Counted from the first letter of the stretch, positions 37,385 through 50,419 are shown. The stretch is DNA of 64,000 nucleotides from Octopus sinensis (GCF_006345805.1 NC_043005.1:90272001-90336000), one strand, 5' to 3'. Program-made: numbers and translations. The notes: generated by a model not told the origin, from the sequence alone.

Positions 37385-37630
37385 CAGTGGCGGACTGGGT
37401 CTAAAAATATTGGTTGCCAGTAAACTAAAGGGGCCCACCCGCAACTACAGTGCTATCATTTAATTTCTTTTTTTTGTTAAAAGTATTCTTTCCAACTGTC
37501 TACAAACACAGCCAGGCTGAAATAATGTATTCTTCCAGGAGTGAATATATGGGTCCCCATATATGGATTTTAATGGTGCAGGGTCCCACTTGCCATCGGG
37601 CAAGCTGGCAACCTGATCAGTCTGCCACTG
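37385..37630 (+). mobile_element. hAT-type MITE
   Basis: TIRs CAGTGGCGGACTG / CAGTCTGCCACTG; flanks TATATACC / TATATATC (7 of 8 match, likely TSD). Confidence 0.7.
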
Positions 37631-37689
37631 TATATATCTCATCACTTCCACACACACACATTTGTAGTACATAGGCACACACATTATGA

Positions 37690-38030
37690 ATGTGTTTTGG
37701 GGGGATGTGATGAGCAGGGGAACCAAGAAGAGTGATGAATATTGTAGCCAGTGAGGACAATGGCTTCAGAGATGACCTCAACGCTGGGAAAGACATGGCT
37801 GAAAACTGTTGTTGATATCTGGATGAGTCTGGAGAATGAGAGATGAAAGAGATGTAGTTGAAAGCCTGAGGAAAGTGGAAACTGAGTCAGAGTCAATGAA
37901 AGTTTTTGTTGCTGATATCCAAGTGAAAGGGATGAGTAATGGAAGAGTGAAATTATATATATGTACAGAGACCATCTTGATGAGTGAGGTCTGAGTCGAG
38001 TGCAGACTGGACAATAGAGATAGGCTATAA
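37690..38030 (-). mobile_element. Decayed apurinic-endonuclease (APE) domain fragment of a LINE
   Basis: Frameshifted peptide ...SVEVISEAIVLTGYNIHHSSWF resembles the APE motif ..AEI..LGDFNVHH..W; recognition by memory, not by alignment. Confidence 0.4.
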
Positions 38031-38202
38031 GGGGTGAGACATTTATTCCTTAGAGTGGATTAGGAAGTATGGCATACGTAATTGTTGTTGTTTAATCCTA
38101 AATCTGTTCTGATAAAGCAGATGAATCATAGCAGGATCAAAGATGATCCTTCTATGACCAAGTCACCCTGTCTAAATATACTGTATCTAGGATATATTTT
38201 CT

Positions 38203-39248
38203 GGGATCCAGACAAACCCCATCTAGGACAAAACCCTCCTGGGACAAAACCCTCCTCAGACAAAACCTCCCTAGTTAAAGTGGGAAAGCAGTCTAAACAC
38301 CATCAATTATATTTTTGGGTTATATTTCAATTTTTCTTATTTTCTTACTTGTTTCAATCATTAGACTGTGGCCATGCTGGGGCACTGCCTTGAGGAATTT
38401 TTAGTTGACTGTATCGACCCCAGAATTTTAAAATTTTCATTAGACTGTGGCCATGCTGGGGCACCGTCTTGAAGAATTTTTAGTCGTAGAAAAATCAGCA
38501 TTTTAAAATTTACGTTTAAAGTCTTGTTTTCTTCTCTCTGCACTTAGAGATTAATTAGAATGAGTTGACCTTTTGAACTTTCTCTGGCTGATGAAGGTCT
38601 AATAGAATTATGGCACCGAAGGCTAGTCATTCAAACATATCTCCTATCGTTTCTATCTTTCTACACATTTTTTGAAGAAATGCTGTTCCTTTCGTTAGAA
38701 TTCAGACAATACATACATTGAGTAGTAAAGAGTCTTGTGTTCTGTTATTCTATTCTACTTATTTATTTTTGATTGAATATATTTTTATTTATTTAAAAAT
38801 TTAAATTTTGGTAAAATTAAATTTTTTTTACAACTGCGATTTCCATTTTTGTTTATGTGAAATTATGAAAAAAGAATTCAAGAGATTTGGCTGTTATTTC
38901 TAGCATGTGGAGAGACCTTCTAGGTTTGATTTCATGCGTTGGTTGAAAATCACCTAAAAAAATTCTGGGGTCGATACATTCAACTAAAAATTCTTCAAGG
39001 TGGTGCCACAGCATGGCCGCAGTCTAATAACTACAATAAGTAAAAACAAAAAAAAAAATTCTGGAGTCAATACATTCAGCTACAAATTTTTCAAGGCAGT
39101 TCCCCAGCATGGCCACAGTCTCTAAATCACTGAAACAAGCAAAAGAGAAAAAAAAATGAAAAAGAATGGAAAAATATAACCAAGGGGGTTTTGTCCACTT
39201 TCACACTTTAACTAAGGGGGTTTTGTCCTAGGTGGGTTTTGTCATACA
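38203..39248. mobile_element. MITE-like element with subterminal GGACAAAACCC repeats in inverted arms
   Basis: Left arm 38203-38288 (4 x GACAAAACC, then TAGTTAAAGTGGGAAAG); right arm about 39183-39248 is its reverse complement (CTTTCACACTTTAACTA, GGGGTTTTGTCC repeats). Confidence 0.55.
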
Positions 39249-41395
39249 CTCATATTTTCTAGTATGTACTCCCACTTTCAAGATGGTAGGGTTTGACTCG
39301 AAGGAGCTCAAGCTAGAAATAACAGTTAAATGTGGAGGATCGACATTCACGGCTATTTGAGAAGAGGAGACAGAAATGTCCAATATATTCTTTTACTCAT
39401 CCACCCCCTCACACATCCAACCCCTCAGATCCTTTCGCTAATCCACTTTCTCCTTCAATTCTCTGCTCATTCCTGTCCTCACACTTTCATTCATCTACTT
39501 CCTCATAGTTTTGCATTGATCCATTGCCTTTCACTTGTCCACTCCTCTATACTCGCCTTTTTTTCATTTTTAAAAATTTTCATTGCTTAATCAGAAAAGG
39601 GATGGGCAGTGCACACGGCCAGATTAAGCTCTGTGGAGATGGGGAAAAGAATTTCCTGCAGTTGGCTGTGACAAGTTTTGAGAGCTGTTTATGCTTTTGC
39701 GTTTGTCATGTACGTAGAATAAATGAATCAGTTTCTCAAGATAGGGTACTATGCGATTTTGTGGGAGATGGGACTTTAGAATGGAGTATAATCATCAACA
39801 TCATTGTTTAACGTCCATTTTCCATGCTGGCATGGGTTGGACGATTTGACTGAGGACTGGCAAGCCAGGAGGCCTCACCAGGCTTCAATCTAATCTGGCA
39901 ATGTTCTACAACTTGATGCCCCTCCTTAATGCCAACCACTCCATGAGTGTAGTAGGTGTTTTTTACGATCTGATGAGTTTGCCAAACTACTGTTCAATAT
40001 ATATATATATATACATACATATATATATATATGTATATATTTTTTTTTTCTAGTGAAGGTTGGTTTATAGGATTACTCTGGGTTTTAATCCCATAAACCA
40101 GCCTTCCCCAGAAAAAATATAAACTGCTCTACATCTTAGAATGTGCTTCTTCTCTGGATTTATGTTTTCTACAAATGGTGGCATGGTAAGAAGTTTGCCT
40201 CCCAACCACATGGTCCTGGGTTCAGCCCCGTTGCGTGGCATCTTGGGCAAGTGTCCCCTTCTATAGCCTTGTGAGTGAATTTGGTAGATGGAAACTGAAA
40301 GAAGCCTGTCATATGTATATATGAGTGTATGTATGTTTTTATGCCTGTGATTGTACCCCATCACCACTTGAGAACCAGTATTGATGTATTTTACGTCCCT
40401 ATAGCTTAGAGGTTCAGCAAAAGGGACCAACTGAAAAGATACCAGGCTTAAAAAGAAAAACAAAAAAGAACTGGAATCAATTCATTTATCTAAAATTCCT
40501 CAAGGTGGTGTTCCAGCATGGCCACTCAAGTGACTGAAACAGTTAAAAGATGTATATGTATGCATGCATGTATGTATCAAAAGGATGTGTTATAATACTA
40601 TTCCACAGCCATACCAACAATCCAATATACCTCCATCATCAGCTGCCCCACAGATATCATTATGGTTTTGACACCTGGGCAGTACCATTCAATCCGGCAA
40701 TGTATGTATGTATGTATGTAATATATGTATGTAATATATGTATGTATGTAATATATGTATGTATGTATGCATGCATGCAAATCCACCCACTTTTTCCAAT
40801 CCTCACTCTGTATTCTCTCTTATACCTACCTTCCTCTATCTTGAGAGTATGCCCTGACATCTCATCACCCCTATCATAGTCTTCTTTCCAGCTACTCCCA
40901 CCCTTATATAATACAGGGTAGTCATGTATTTTCTTCTATAGCAAGACACCTGTCCTGCTCACTCTACCATGCTTTAGCCTCTCAACACCTGGCATGAAGC
41001 CACTTTCTTCTCTACTACAACCCCATTCAGTCCAGGGCTCTGTTTCTTTGTCTTGTGAGTTGGTGACATCACTAAAAAACCACCCAGTAAACTCTGTAAA
41101 GTGGTTGGCAGTGAGATTGAACCTGAGACTATATGATTGAGAGGTAAATTTTTCAAACACACAGCCATGTCTGCACCTTAAATTTTTAGATTGTGACCAT
41201 GCTGGGGCAACATCTTGAAGAAATTTAGCCAAACAACTTGACCCCCAGGACTTATATTTTTAAAACCTGATACTTATTCTAGCAGTGTATTATGCCAAAC
41301 CACTAAGTTACAGGGATGTAAACAATCTAACACTGGTTGTTAAGCAGTGCAGAGAGACAACACACACACACAGATATATGTATATATATATATAT

Positions 41396-41779
41396 ACTAA
41401 CAGTATCACCCGGCGTTGCTCGGGTTTGTAAGGGAAATAACTATATAAGCATTTTTAGAGAGTTATAGCCAAAAAATAGCAAAAAATGCATTAAAAATGG
41501 AAAAAAAATTATGGTAATTTTTTTTTTAAATCGTTGACTCATCGTAGACATTTTTAGAGAGTTACTTCCCTTATATAATAACGAAAAATGCATTAAAATG
41601 GAAAAAAATTATGGTAAATTTTTTTTTAAATCGTAGACTCATCGTAGACGCGCGCTAATACCCAGAAGGGCTCGATATGAATCACGACTATAAGTTAAAC
41701 TGCACCGCAAAATGTGGGAGTAGTTAGGAATCTAAATTGTAGGAGACAGACACACAACTTCACTTTTATATATAAAGAT
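41396..41779 (+). mobile_element. HINE copy (same family as 11771-12164) with an internal ~110-bp duplication
   Basis: Same ends (ACTA..CCCGGCGTTGCTCGGG; CTTTTATATATAAAGAT); AGAGAGTTA...ACTCATCGTAGAC occurs twice. Confidence 0.7.
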
Positions 41780-42150
41780 ATATATATATATAAAGGTAGA
41801 TAAGGCCGGTCTATGAGATTACCCTGGGTTCACACCCATAAAACAATTAGCTTTACAGCGTATCATCAGACCCCAAAGCACATGGGTAACCCAATCGTCA
41901 GGATTCCTCTCTTGACCTTGTAGTTCAAAGGAATGCAGAGCATTACGTTTGGCACCAGCTTGGTTGCAGGAGCTGGCAGAAGAGTGTTGAGTTGAACACT
42001 AAACCGCCTACGGAGCTCCACTCCAGATTTCTTTGAAGGTTGTCTCCTTTCTGTAACCGGGTACTGTCAGCCGGAGCCAGCTGAGCCCGAGACTTGTGTC
42101 AGGCAGGGTCGTCAGTCCCTGAAGTAGTGAAGAAAATTGCTATCCACTAC

Positions 42151-42205
<55 letters not shown>

Positions 42206-44282
42206 ATATATATATGACAAAGGAATAACGATTACCTTAAGAACTTCATTTGTTTAGAGATAAAGTTATCATCTATATATATGACAGGATTCTTTTAGTT
42301 TCCATCTGCCAAATCCATTCACAAGGCTTTGGTTAGCCCAAGGCTTTAGTAGAAAGCACTTGCCCAAGGTGCCACACAGTGGGACTGAACCCAGAACTAT
42401 GTGGTTGGGAAAGCAAACTTTTTAATCATACAACCATGTCTGCACCTTAATTATGTAAATTTGTTCAGCTACCAATAACTTTTTTCATTCATATTCATTT
42501 ACATTCATTCAATCACATTCACTTGTACTCATTCACTCGAATATATAGTCACCCCTTGCTCACTTGCACCCATTCACTTTTGCATCCTCCTTTACTGACT
42601 TGTACTCACTCACTCATTCACGTCCATCCCTCACACCCAGACTCCAGCTCTTTTGCATTAAAATTCCTTATAGCAGTCCATTTCCTTGCACTATAATATG
42701 ATAGACCTTTTAGCTCCCGGCATGATAACATGGTATGGTGACTTGTTAAAACGTTTGACTGTATTTATAGTTTCTTAATCATTTAATGCTCATTGAACGT
42801 TTGTCAACAGGTAGTGGTGTGATGTGTAATGTGTGTGTTTGTGTGATATGTACTTGGAAATTGCTGGCTCAAATTAGCAGTGGAAAATTCATTCTGAAAT
42901 TAGAATTAATTTACTTGTCTAATTTTTTTGTTATTTAGCTCCAGGTTAGGGTGAGAGATTAGTAGAAGGATTGGTTAGAGCATTGGACAAAAATGTCTTG
43001 CAGTATTTTGTTTTGGATTGTTACCTTTTGTATTCAAATCTTGTCGAATTCAACCTTGCCTTTCAGTTTTTACCAGGGTCAATGGAATAACTTGTTAATC
43101 AAACGCTGGAGTTAATTAAATCAATTACCCAACACTAAAATTTGTTTGGTCTTGTACCTATGAAAGTAATCATTATTTAACTATTGTTCTGATCATGGTT
43201 AAAGACATTCCATACATGACTGTCCTGTCCTTCTCTTGGATATTACACACAAAAGACTAAATGAGCCAAGGAGCATATCCCATTGCCTGACGGTTGGGTT
43301 TAATTTGAGGGAGATTTGGCTGCTATTTCTAGCATGTGGATCAATCATATTGATACTCCATCATTAATTCATTGTACAAGTTATTGTTGTTGTTTAACCC
43401 CCAGATCAATCCTGATCAAGGAGACTTACATCAAAATCATGGCCACCTTGTTTTATCTTTCAGACATAATGTTCATATTAAATTACTAGTTGTTTGTGTG
43501 TAGCAGGGATTTGAAATTGAATCTCTGAATAACTAGTCGGTCATCACGACCAGGCCACAATAGTCTCGTGATCGGTCTATAATGCAACCAACCAGCATCA
43601 AGCTATCGCATGATTCAATCTTCTAGAATCTTCTTGTGCACTATAAAAGACCACTTTTGGTGGTAATTAATTGCAGAATGTTGAGGCGGCAGTCAAGTGA
43701 CGTGGCTCCATCACCATGAATAAAAGACAGTTGTTTCCAGTTATGTTGGGCAAGCCACATGTTGCCGTATCAATAGCTTGCTGTAAACTCCAAGCAGTAC
43801 ATTCCTCCCAGTATGTAGTCGTCTTTATGTGCAATAACCGAATTATCTGTTAAAGTGTTTGTGAGCTTTGTTCAGTTACTTCTTCACGCAGCCCAACAAA
43901 CAACATTATCAACCAGCTATCACAGCTCACAGCCATAACAGCAACTCCCAAGCCTCAGATGTTTTCTTTCATGGCTACACAATGCACCACGGAACATACG
44001 TATAGGAATTTGTGGGGTGCGGGGTGTTTAACCAACATTGTGTGTTAAGACAAGAGTTAAAGAAGGAACAGCTATGCACCCATTTCGATTCTTGTTGGAA
44101 CTGTTATCAGTAACTATAAACCATCTTCACCAATTCGCAAACAGATTGCTTATCACACCCATTCATATTGTGTGTAAGAGTGAACAGGGTAGACCAATTT
44201 TAACTCTCTTCTGTTCGATCAAACATTAAATTATTGGTGTTGTGATAATGTTTTATTTCATTGCTATAATGCATTATAGAAC

Positions 44283-44812
44283 ATGGCGTCCGTGCTAGCG
44301 GGGTGCAAAGAGCACCATACGAGTGTGATCGTTGACAGAGCGGCTAACTGGCTTCCGTGCCAGGGGCACATAAAAGGGCATCATTCGAGTGTGATCGTTA
44401 CCAGCGTCACCTTACTGGTACTTGTGCCCGTGCTAGTAGGGTGCCAAGAGCACCATCTGAGTGTGACCTTTGCCAGAGCAGCTATCTGCCTTTCGTGCCG
44501 GTGGCACGTAAAAGGGCACCATTCGAGCGTGATCGTTACCAACGGCACCTTACTGGCACCTGTGCCGGTGGCATTTGTAAAGAAATTCGAGCAAGGTCAT
44601 TACCAGTACCGTCTGACTGACCCTCGTGCCTGTGGGACGTAAAAAGCACCCACTACACTCTCGGAGTGGTTGGCATTAGGAAGGGCATCCAGCTGTAGAA
44701 ACTGTGCCAGATCAAGATTGAAGCCTGGTGCAGCCATCTGGTTCGCCAGCCCTCAGTCAAAATCGTCCAAGCCATGCTAGCATGGAAAGCGGACGTTAAA
44801 CGATGATGATGA
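44283..44812 (+). mobile_element. Family-B element with a 5' array of ~65-70-nt monomers (138-bp higher-order period)
   Basis: GTGCTAG..GGGTGC.AAGAGCACC at 44292 and 44430; 3' end GGACGTTAAAC(GAT)n. Confidence 0.8.
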
Positions 44813-45589
44813 TATATATTGGGTTTGTTTCAGCTAATTGTGTGTTGTGATGATTGTAAAGGCACAATGTTGACTAAAACAACCTATAGATGTGTTCTAT
44901 GATACATTATATCGTTCATATAGCTGAGACTGAATCATACAATGTGTTCTTGGTGTTTTTTTAAAAAGATGTTAGGATGTGGTTCAAGTGAGCTTTTGCT
45001 GCTATTTTTAGCATATCAAGTGACCACATAGAGGCTCTTCGCTTTGATTTGGTTTTTACTGGGCAGCTTACATAATGAAAGCTACTGCTTTAGAAAGAAA
45101 GAAAGAAAGAAAGGAAGGAAGGAATTTTCTCAGTTGATTTCTCTCTTGCTGGATTACATATGTTTGTCTCAAATAATCTCTCGGTTAATTAACAATCAAT
45201 TACTCATTGACCAATTAAACGGTGCTTATGTTGCAGCATGAAAGATAAAAATGCACGAAACAAAACAACAAAAATGCCGGTTCCTTAGTCTAAAAAAACG
45301 CTGTGTTATAACTTGTGTTTTCTGTATGAGAATTAATTGAAGGCGAGAACAACTATTTGTCCAGAAACGAGAATAGATTTACGCCAGACACGTACTTATG
45401 TGTATTTCTATGCGTTTGTTCATGTGTGTACATTATGTAAATAAATGCGTGCATTAACAATTTTCTTTTGCTATGAGTTCTACGTCTATTTGTGGTGTCC
45501 TGTACTCACGTATATATATTTATATATACATGTAGATGTAGGTACGTACATATATGTATGCATATATTTTATTTATTACACTATATATA

Positions 45590-45637
<48 letters not shown>

Positions 45638-45644
45638 CTGTCTG

Positions 45645-45845
45645 CAAGCCTCTCTGCTTTTCCCCCCTCTCTCCCTCTCCCAACTATTTCTCTCTCTTTC
45701 TTGTCTCTTTCTATTTTTTCTGTTTTTCTTCTGTCTGTCTGTCCCTCTTTTTCTTTCTCCCCTTCTCTCTTTATGTCTGTCTCTCTCTTTCTCTCTCTAC
45801 TTTTCTCATATCTATTTATTAATCTCTTTCTCCGCTTGACGATCT

Positions 45846-45883
<38 letters not shown>

Positions 45884-46085
45884 TTGTCTTTCTCTCTATC
45901 TCTGCTTGACGATCTCTCTACTCTCTCTCTTACTCTCTTATTTGTCTTTCTATCTGCTATTTATTTTCCTCATATCTCTCAGACTGTCTCTATCTCCGTT
46001 GTACTTCTCTCTCTCTCTTTCTTTCTTTCTCTCTCTTTCTTTCTTTCTCTCTCTTCTTTCTTTCTCTCTCTTTCTAATATTCATC
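45645..46085 (+). repeat. ~440-bp polypyrimidine (CT-rich) low-complexity tract
   Basis: Seen directly; includes two copies of GCTTGACGATCTCTCTACTCTCTC (about 45834 and 45905). Confidence 0.9.
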
Positions 46086-46474
46086 TTACCTCCTCCTACT
46101 CCCCCTCACACCTCTTGACTTAAAACAGGTGTTGTCCATAAAAGTCCATAATGGCCTTATAAATTAATCTTAGATAATTAGGCACTGCTAATTATTATTA
46201 TTCGTTCAGTGTAATTTCATGGCGTAATATTAAACAGCAAACAGTGCAACATGTACCCCCTCATACACATTCTCGTTTTATGATAGATTGCATTAAAAGA
46301 ACCTTGACTAATATTATCACAACGGTTTTATATTATTAATAACGACTCCCTTAAACCAGTCAACTGGAAAAAAAAAGTAAAAAAAAAATCAGTTATTTGG
46401 GTTAAGTCAGTACGGAAATGTAAATGGTAGTTCGTTTATTTATTTATACCTTGTATTTGTTTCAGTCATTAGAC

Positions 46475-46674
46475 CAGTGGTTTTCAACCTAGTTCCGCCA
46501 GTACAGTCCAGGGGTTCCGCAAGAAGTTACAAAACTGCTAAAGTCGACAGTAATTTTTAATTCTCCTGTGCAGATATGTGTGCATAGGACAATTAAATTA
46601 TTGCACAGGGGTTCCTCGAGCCAGTGAAATGTTTTCTTGGGGTTCTGCTCCAGCAAAAAGTTTGAAAAGCACTG
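46475..46674 (+). mobile_element. hAT (Charlie-like) MITE, 200 bp
   Basis: TIRs CAGTGGTTTTCAACCT / AGTTTGAAAAGCACTG; exact 8-bp TSD CATTAGAC at 46467-46474 and 46675-46682. Confidence 0.92.
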
Positions 46675-48339
46675 CATTAGACTGTTGCCATGCTGGGGCA
46701 CCAATATTTACTTAAGCCTTGTATTGATTATTTTGTTGAACCACCAAGTTTCGGGGGTGTAAAGAAACTAATATGCGTTATCAAGCAGTGATAGGGAACA
46801 ATCACACACACACACACACACAACAGGCTTCTTTCAGTTTCCGTCTACCAAATCCCCTCATAAGGCTTTCGTCTGCCAAAAGCTGTAGTAGAAAGCACTT
46901 TCCCAAAATGTTACGCAGTGGGATGAACTCGGAACTGTGTGGTTGGGAAGCGAACTTCCCACCACACACCCACACTTGTGCCATATTTATCTAATTGATG
47001 TTTTGCCTTAGACCTGTCCTGATTAAAGAGACCAACAATCGAAGGTATTCTAGTCATGACCATCTCAACTTTTTCATGCATTGTGTATCTTGAACAGCAC
47101 TGTGCACAGTGTTTTTTGTGGGTGGGAGGGAAGATTGTTAAGCGGTATTATACAATATAATTTGAGGGTGATTTGGTAGTTATTTCTATCATGAGCAGCC
47201 ATGTAGGAACTTATTTCATTGACCTTTAATGTATGTCTAAAGTCTCCCTTAATTTTATTAAAAGAATCATGTATATCATTATACAATATATGTTGCATGT
47301 TCATTTGTGGAAGTAACAAAAGAAACAAACTTTAAAATAACAGTGAGACTTTATTCCTTCATGAAATGGTTCAGTGGATCCAAAGCAAGAAACATTGTGG
47401 ATTCTGGTGGTTGTTCATCTGTCATTTGGATAATTCAGCTTGGGTCGTCGTTGGTTGCATGGGGTCCATTATATTAACTCTCTTCTGTAAAACACCGGGT
47501 TTTATGTAACTCACCCTGTTGAAAAACTCTCACCCCTCTGACTTGTAAAAAATTTGTTGAACAATTTATGGGAAAAAGGAGGCTCCAAAACACATATGGA
47601 TTAGTTGTTTGAAAATATATTACATGCAACATGATTGGACCTTTGATCCAATTCCCACGCAACACTCAACCAATCACAACACAGAACTCAACAAATGTCC
47701 AAACACTCACATGATAGCTATGTTGACCAGTCACTATAGATTAACCTGGGAACAACATTATTGTCTGTGTCTGGCTATTAACATTCTTGCCTGGTGTTAG
47801 CCATTTATCATCTGTTTTATCCATATGTCGTTGGTTATTATCCACCTGTTGCATGCTTCATGTTTGCAGCCAAGATTTTTGGGAAACCATATTTATTTGC
47901 TTTTGTCTTAAATATAAAATTGTTATTTCGTTTTTGGATTTGGTTTGCAAGATTCTTTATGTGAGTTTGTGTGTTAAAGCATTTTCTGTTGTGTCTGGGG
48001 AGAGTCATTTTCTTTTTGTGCCTTATAATGTAGCACACTCACCGGTAAAATTTCCACTTATTTCTTATTTTTATTTTCCTTAAGTTTTCTTGACTATTGA
48101 AAGGGTTGCAAGATGCAATGAAAATTTTAGGAAAATAAAAATAAGAAATAAGTGGAAAATTTTACCAGTGAGTTTGTTAAATTATAAGGCATGAAAAGAA
48201 AATGACTCTCCCCAGACAAAATTGTTAGTCTTTTCTTTAAATATAGAATGAGCTCTTCAACATTGAATTTTGTGAATTTGTCAGAAAGTATTAATGTGGG
48301 GAAATACGCAGCGAAGTTGTTTGTTTTTTTCAAGAGAAG

Positions 48340-48990
48340 GATGTTATACCTAAGAAGATGTATAGGAGGGGAACATTTTATGAACTTGAAACTAAACACC
48401 ATGGCTGTGTTTATTGGAGGAGTAGTAAATGTCCTGAGTCTGTCTCTGTGAGAAAAAGCACATGGTTGGAAGAGGGCGACTCTTCTTCTTAAGAACTACA
48501 GCTCTGTTTTTTGTATTTCTTGGTGAAAGAACTGACCACAATTTATTTTTGTGTGGAAGAGTTAGGAATCAGCAGTGTTTGACTTTAATTACAGCAATTA
48601 TTTACGAAGCATGTGCAGAGGATTGGTGGTCCTGACCAGACTGTCAATATTGACAAGATGATGTTTCCCAGGCAGAAATACACCCAAGGAAGAATGCTGT
48701 CTGAACAGCGAGTCTTCAGCAATATGTGCCATGAGACACAAGAGGCATCTCTTTATGTTGTGTCTACTTGGAATTGTGGCACATTAGAAGAGTGCATTTG
48801 ACAATCAGTTCTACTGGGAAAATCTTTCAAAGGCTTCTCACAGAAAATTAATGTGGTTTTCATTATGATTATGCAAAAACTATAATCAACATAGAAAATT
48901 TGAAACTCCTCTCACAAGTCTGACAGTGTCAACATACTGAACGATCAGTGGAGGTGATTTAACATTTTGCTTGAAACAATCAGAACTGTG
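48340..48990 (+). mobile_element. Decayed Merlin / IS1016-like (ISXO2) DDE transposase
   Basis: Frameshifted peptides YWRSSKCPESVSVRKSTWLE and IGGPDQTVNIDKMMFPRQKYTQGRMLSEQRVF...TLEECI match the Merlin motifs WRC..C...SIR.GTWFE and IGG.G..VEIDES.F.KRKY.RGR...WVFG (established family motifs). Confidence 0.8.
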
Positions 48991-50419
48991 CTCACTGCAA
49001 AGACATTCACTCAGCACTTGGATGTAATTCACTATAAATATCAGGAATAGTAAAGTTTTTCGTAAAGACAGTAGAAGGATTTTAAAAAGAGTCAATCAAC
49101 TTCATAATCTATTAAAATATTTGCAATTATTTTGTCTGCTTTACAAGCAAATTAGCTGTACTAGCCTTGATTTTTAAATTGTTAATTGCACTGAAATGCT
49201 TTAAGTGCTTGGTGAGTGTCTTTGCTATGAGCATTGCGCAGTTCTGGTTGTTTTAAACAAAATGTTAGCCCCACTTCATTTGGCTCGTAGGCTGACACTA
49301 TTAAATTTCAATTGCGTTATTATAAACCATTGAAATACTTGTCAGCTTACACAGTCTTGTTACAAGAGATGAACATCACCTACTCATGTTACTTATTTAA
49401 ATTGCTTGTTGTACTGGAGAGTCCTAACGAGTGGAGGATACTGATGAGAAAAGGAAAGCTAATGACTTTTTGGCTGATACTCCCCTCCATGTTCTATCAA
49501 CCCCGTGGCATTACCAGAAGACAGAAGTTCTTTTGGTGAGTTTTAGAATAGCTATCTCTACCTCATAGGGAAAGAAAGTGACAAGGAATGGGAGGGACTT
49601 TTTTTTTATCTTTAGTATTCCTGTATTTCACTGCTGTTGTTTTAACATCCACTTTTCCTTGCCAGCATGGATCAGACAGGATTTGTTGAATCAGATTTTC
49701 TTCCTCTCACCAATCTTCACCTGTTTTCAAGTCAGGTAATATTTCCCCATGGTCAGATGTTTTCACAGAAGATTAGAAACAAAGCGCCCTGCTTTCATAA
49801 GAGTGACACTTGTTTACAACTATTATGTAATGTTAAGACAAGGAAACACTCTCTCCTTCTCTCTCTCTCTCTCCCCCCTCTCTCTCTCTCTCTCTTTCAC
49901 TCACACACACATGTAGATATACATATATGATGAGCTTCTTTGAGTTGCTCTCTATCAAGTCTATTCACAAGGGCTGTAGTAGAAGGTGCTTGCCCAAGGT
50001 GCCATGCAGTGAGACTGAACCAGAAACCATGTGGTTGGGAAGCAAGCTTCTTATCCCACACAGCCACACTTACAGTTCTAAATTTTTTTCATAGAATTTC
50101 AATTTTTTTCTCATATTTTGTCCCCCAATTCTGTGCTTTTTCCCCTTCCTCATGAGGTACTGATAGCCATTCCAAAGCCAACCCTTCTTTAACTCAATTT
50201 AAGAGAATGATTTTAAGCTTTGCTCTAAAACAGTTTTGAGTTTATAACCCCCAGAAGAGTGGCCCCAAAAGAATGTGCTGGGGTACATTAGTGTGCAACA
50301 AAATGTAACTAGGTACACTATGAAAACAATTAAATTATATTTTTGAAAATTTGAAAAACACAAACTGAAATTTCAAATATAATTCTGATAACTAACCATG
50401 CTATTTTTTTACTTCTTAC

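Noticed and set aside
44283-44640. CRISPR-like repeat/spacer appearance of family-B monomers and of the 25.7-kb minisatellite
   Set aside because: Eukaryotic context, degenerate repeats, spacers are themselves homologous, and no cas genes.
44283-44642. 119-aa ORF with an internal 46-aa repeat
   Set aside because: It derives from the 138-bp monomer repeat of a SINE-like family; other copies in the window do not keep the frame.
45645-46085. Polypyrimidine tract as a functional triplex (H-DNA) element
   Set aside because: Ordinary low-complexity expansion in a microsatellite-rich genome; nothing beyond composition supports function.
49415-49534. Possible plus-strand exon (EDTDEKRKANDFLADTPLHVLSTPWHYQKTEVLL, donor GTGAGT)
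   Set aside because: In-frame stop just upstream, no convincing acceptor, and opposite to the better-supported exon chain; unresolved without RNA data.
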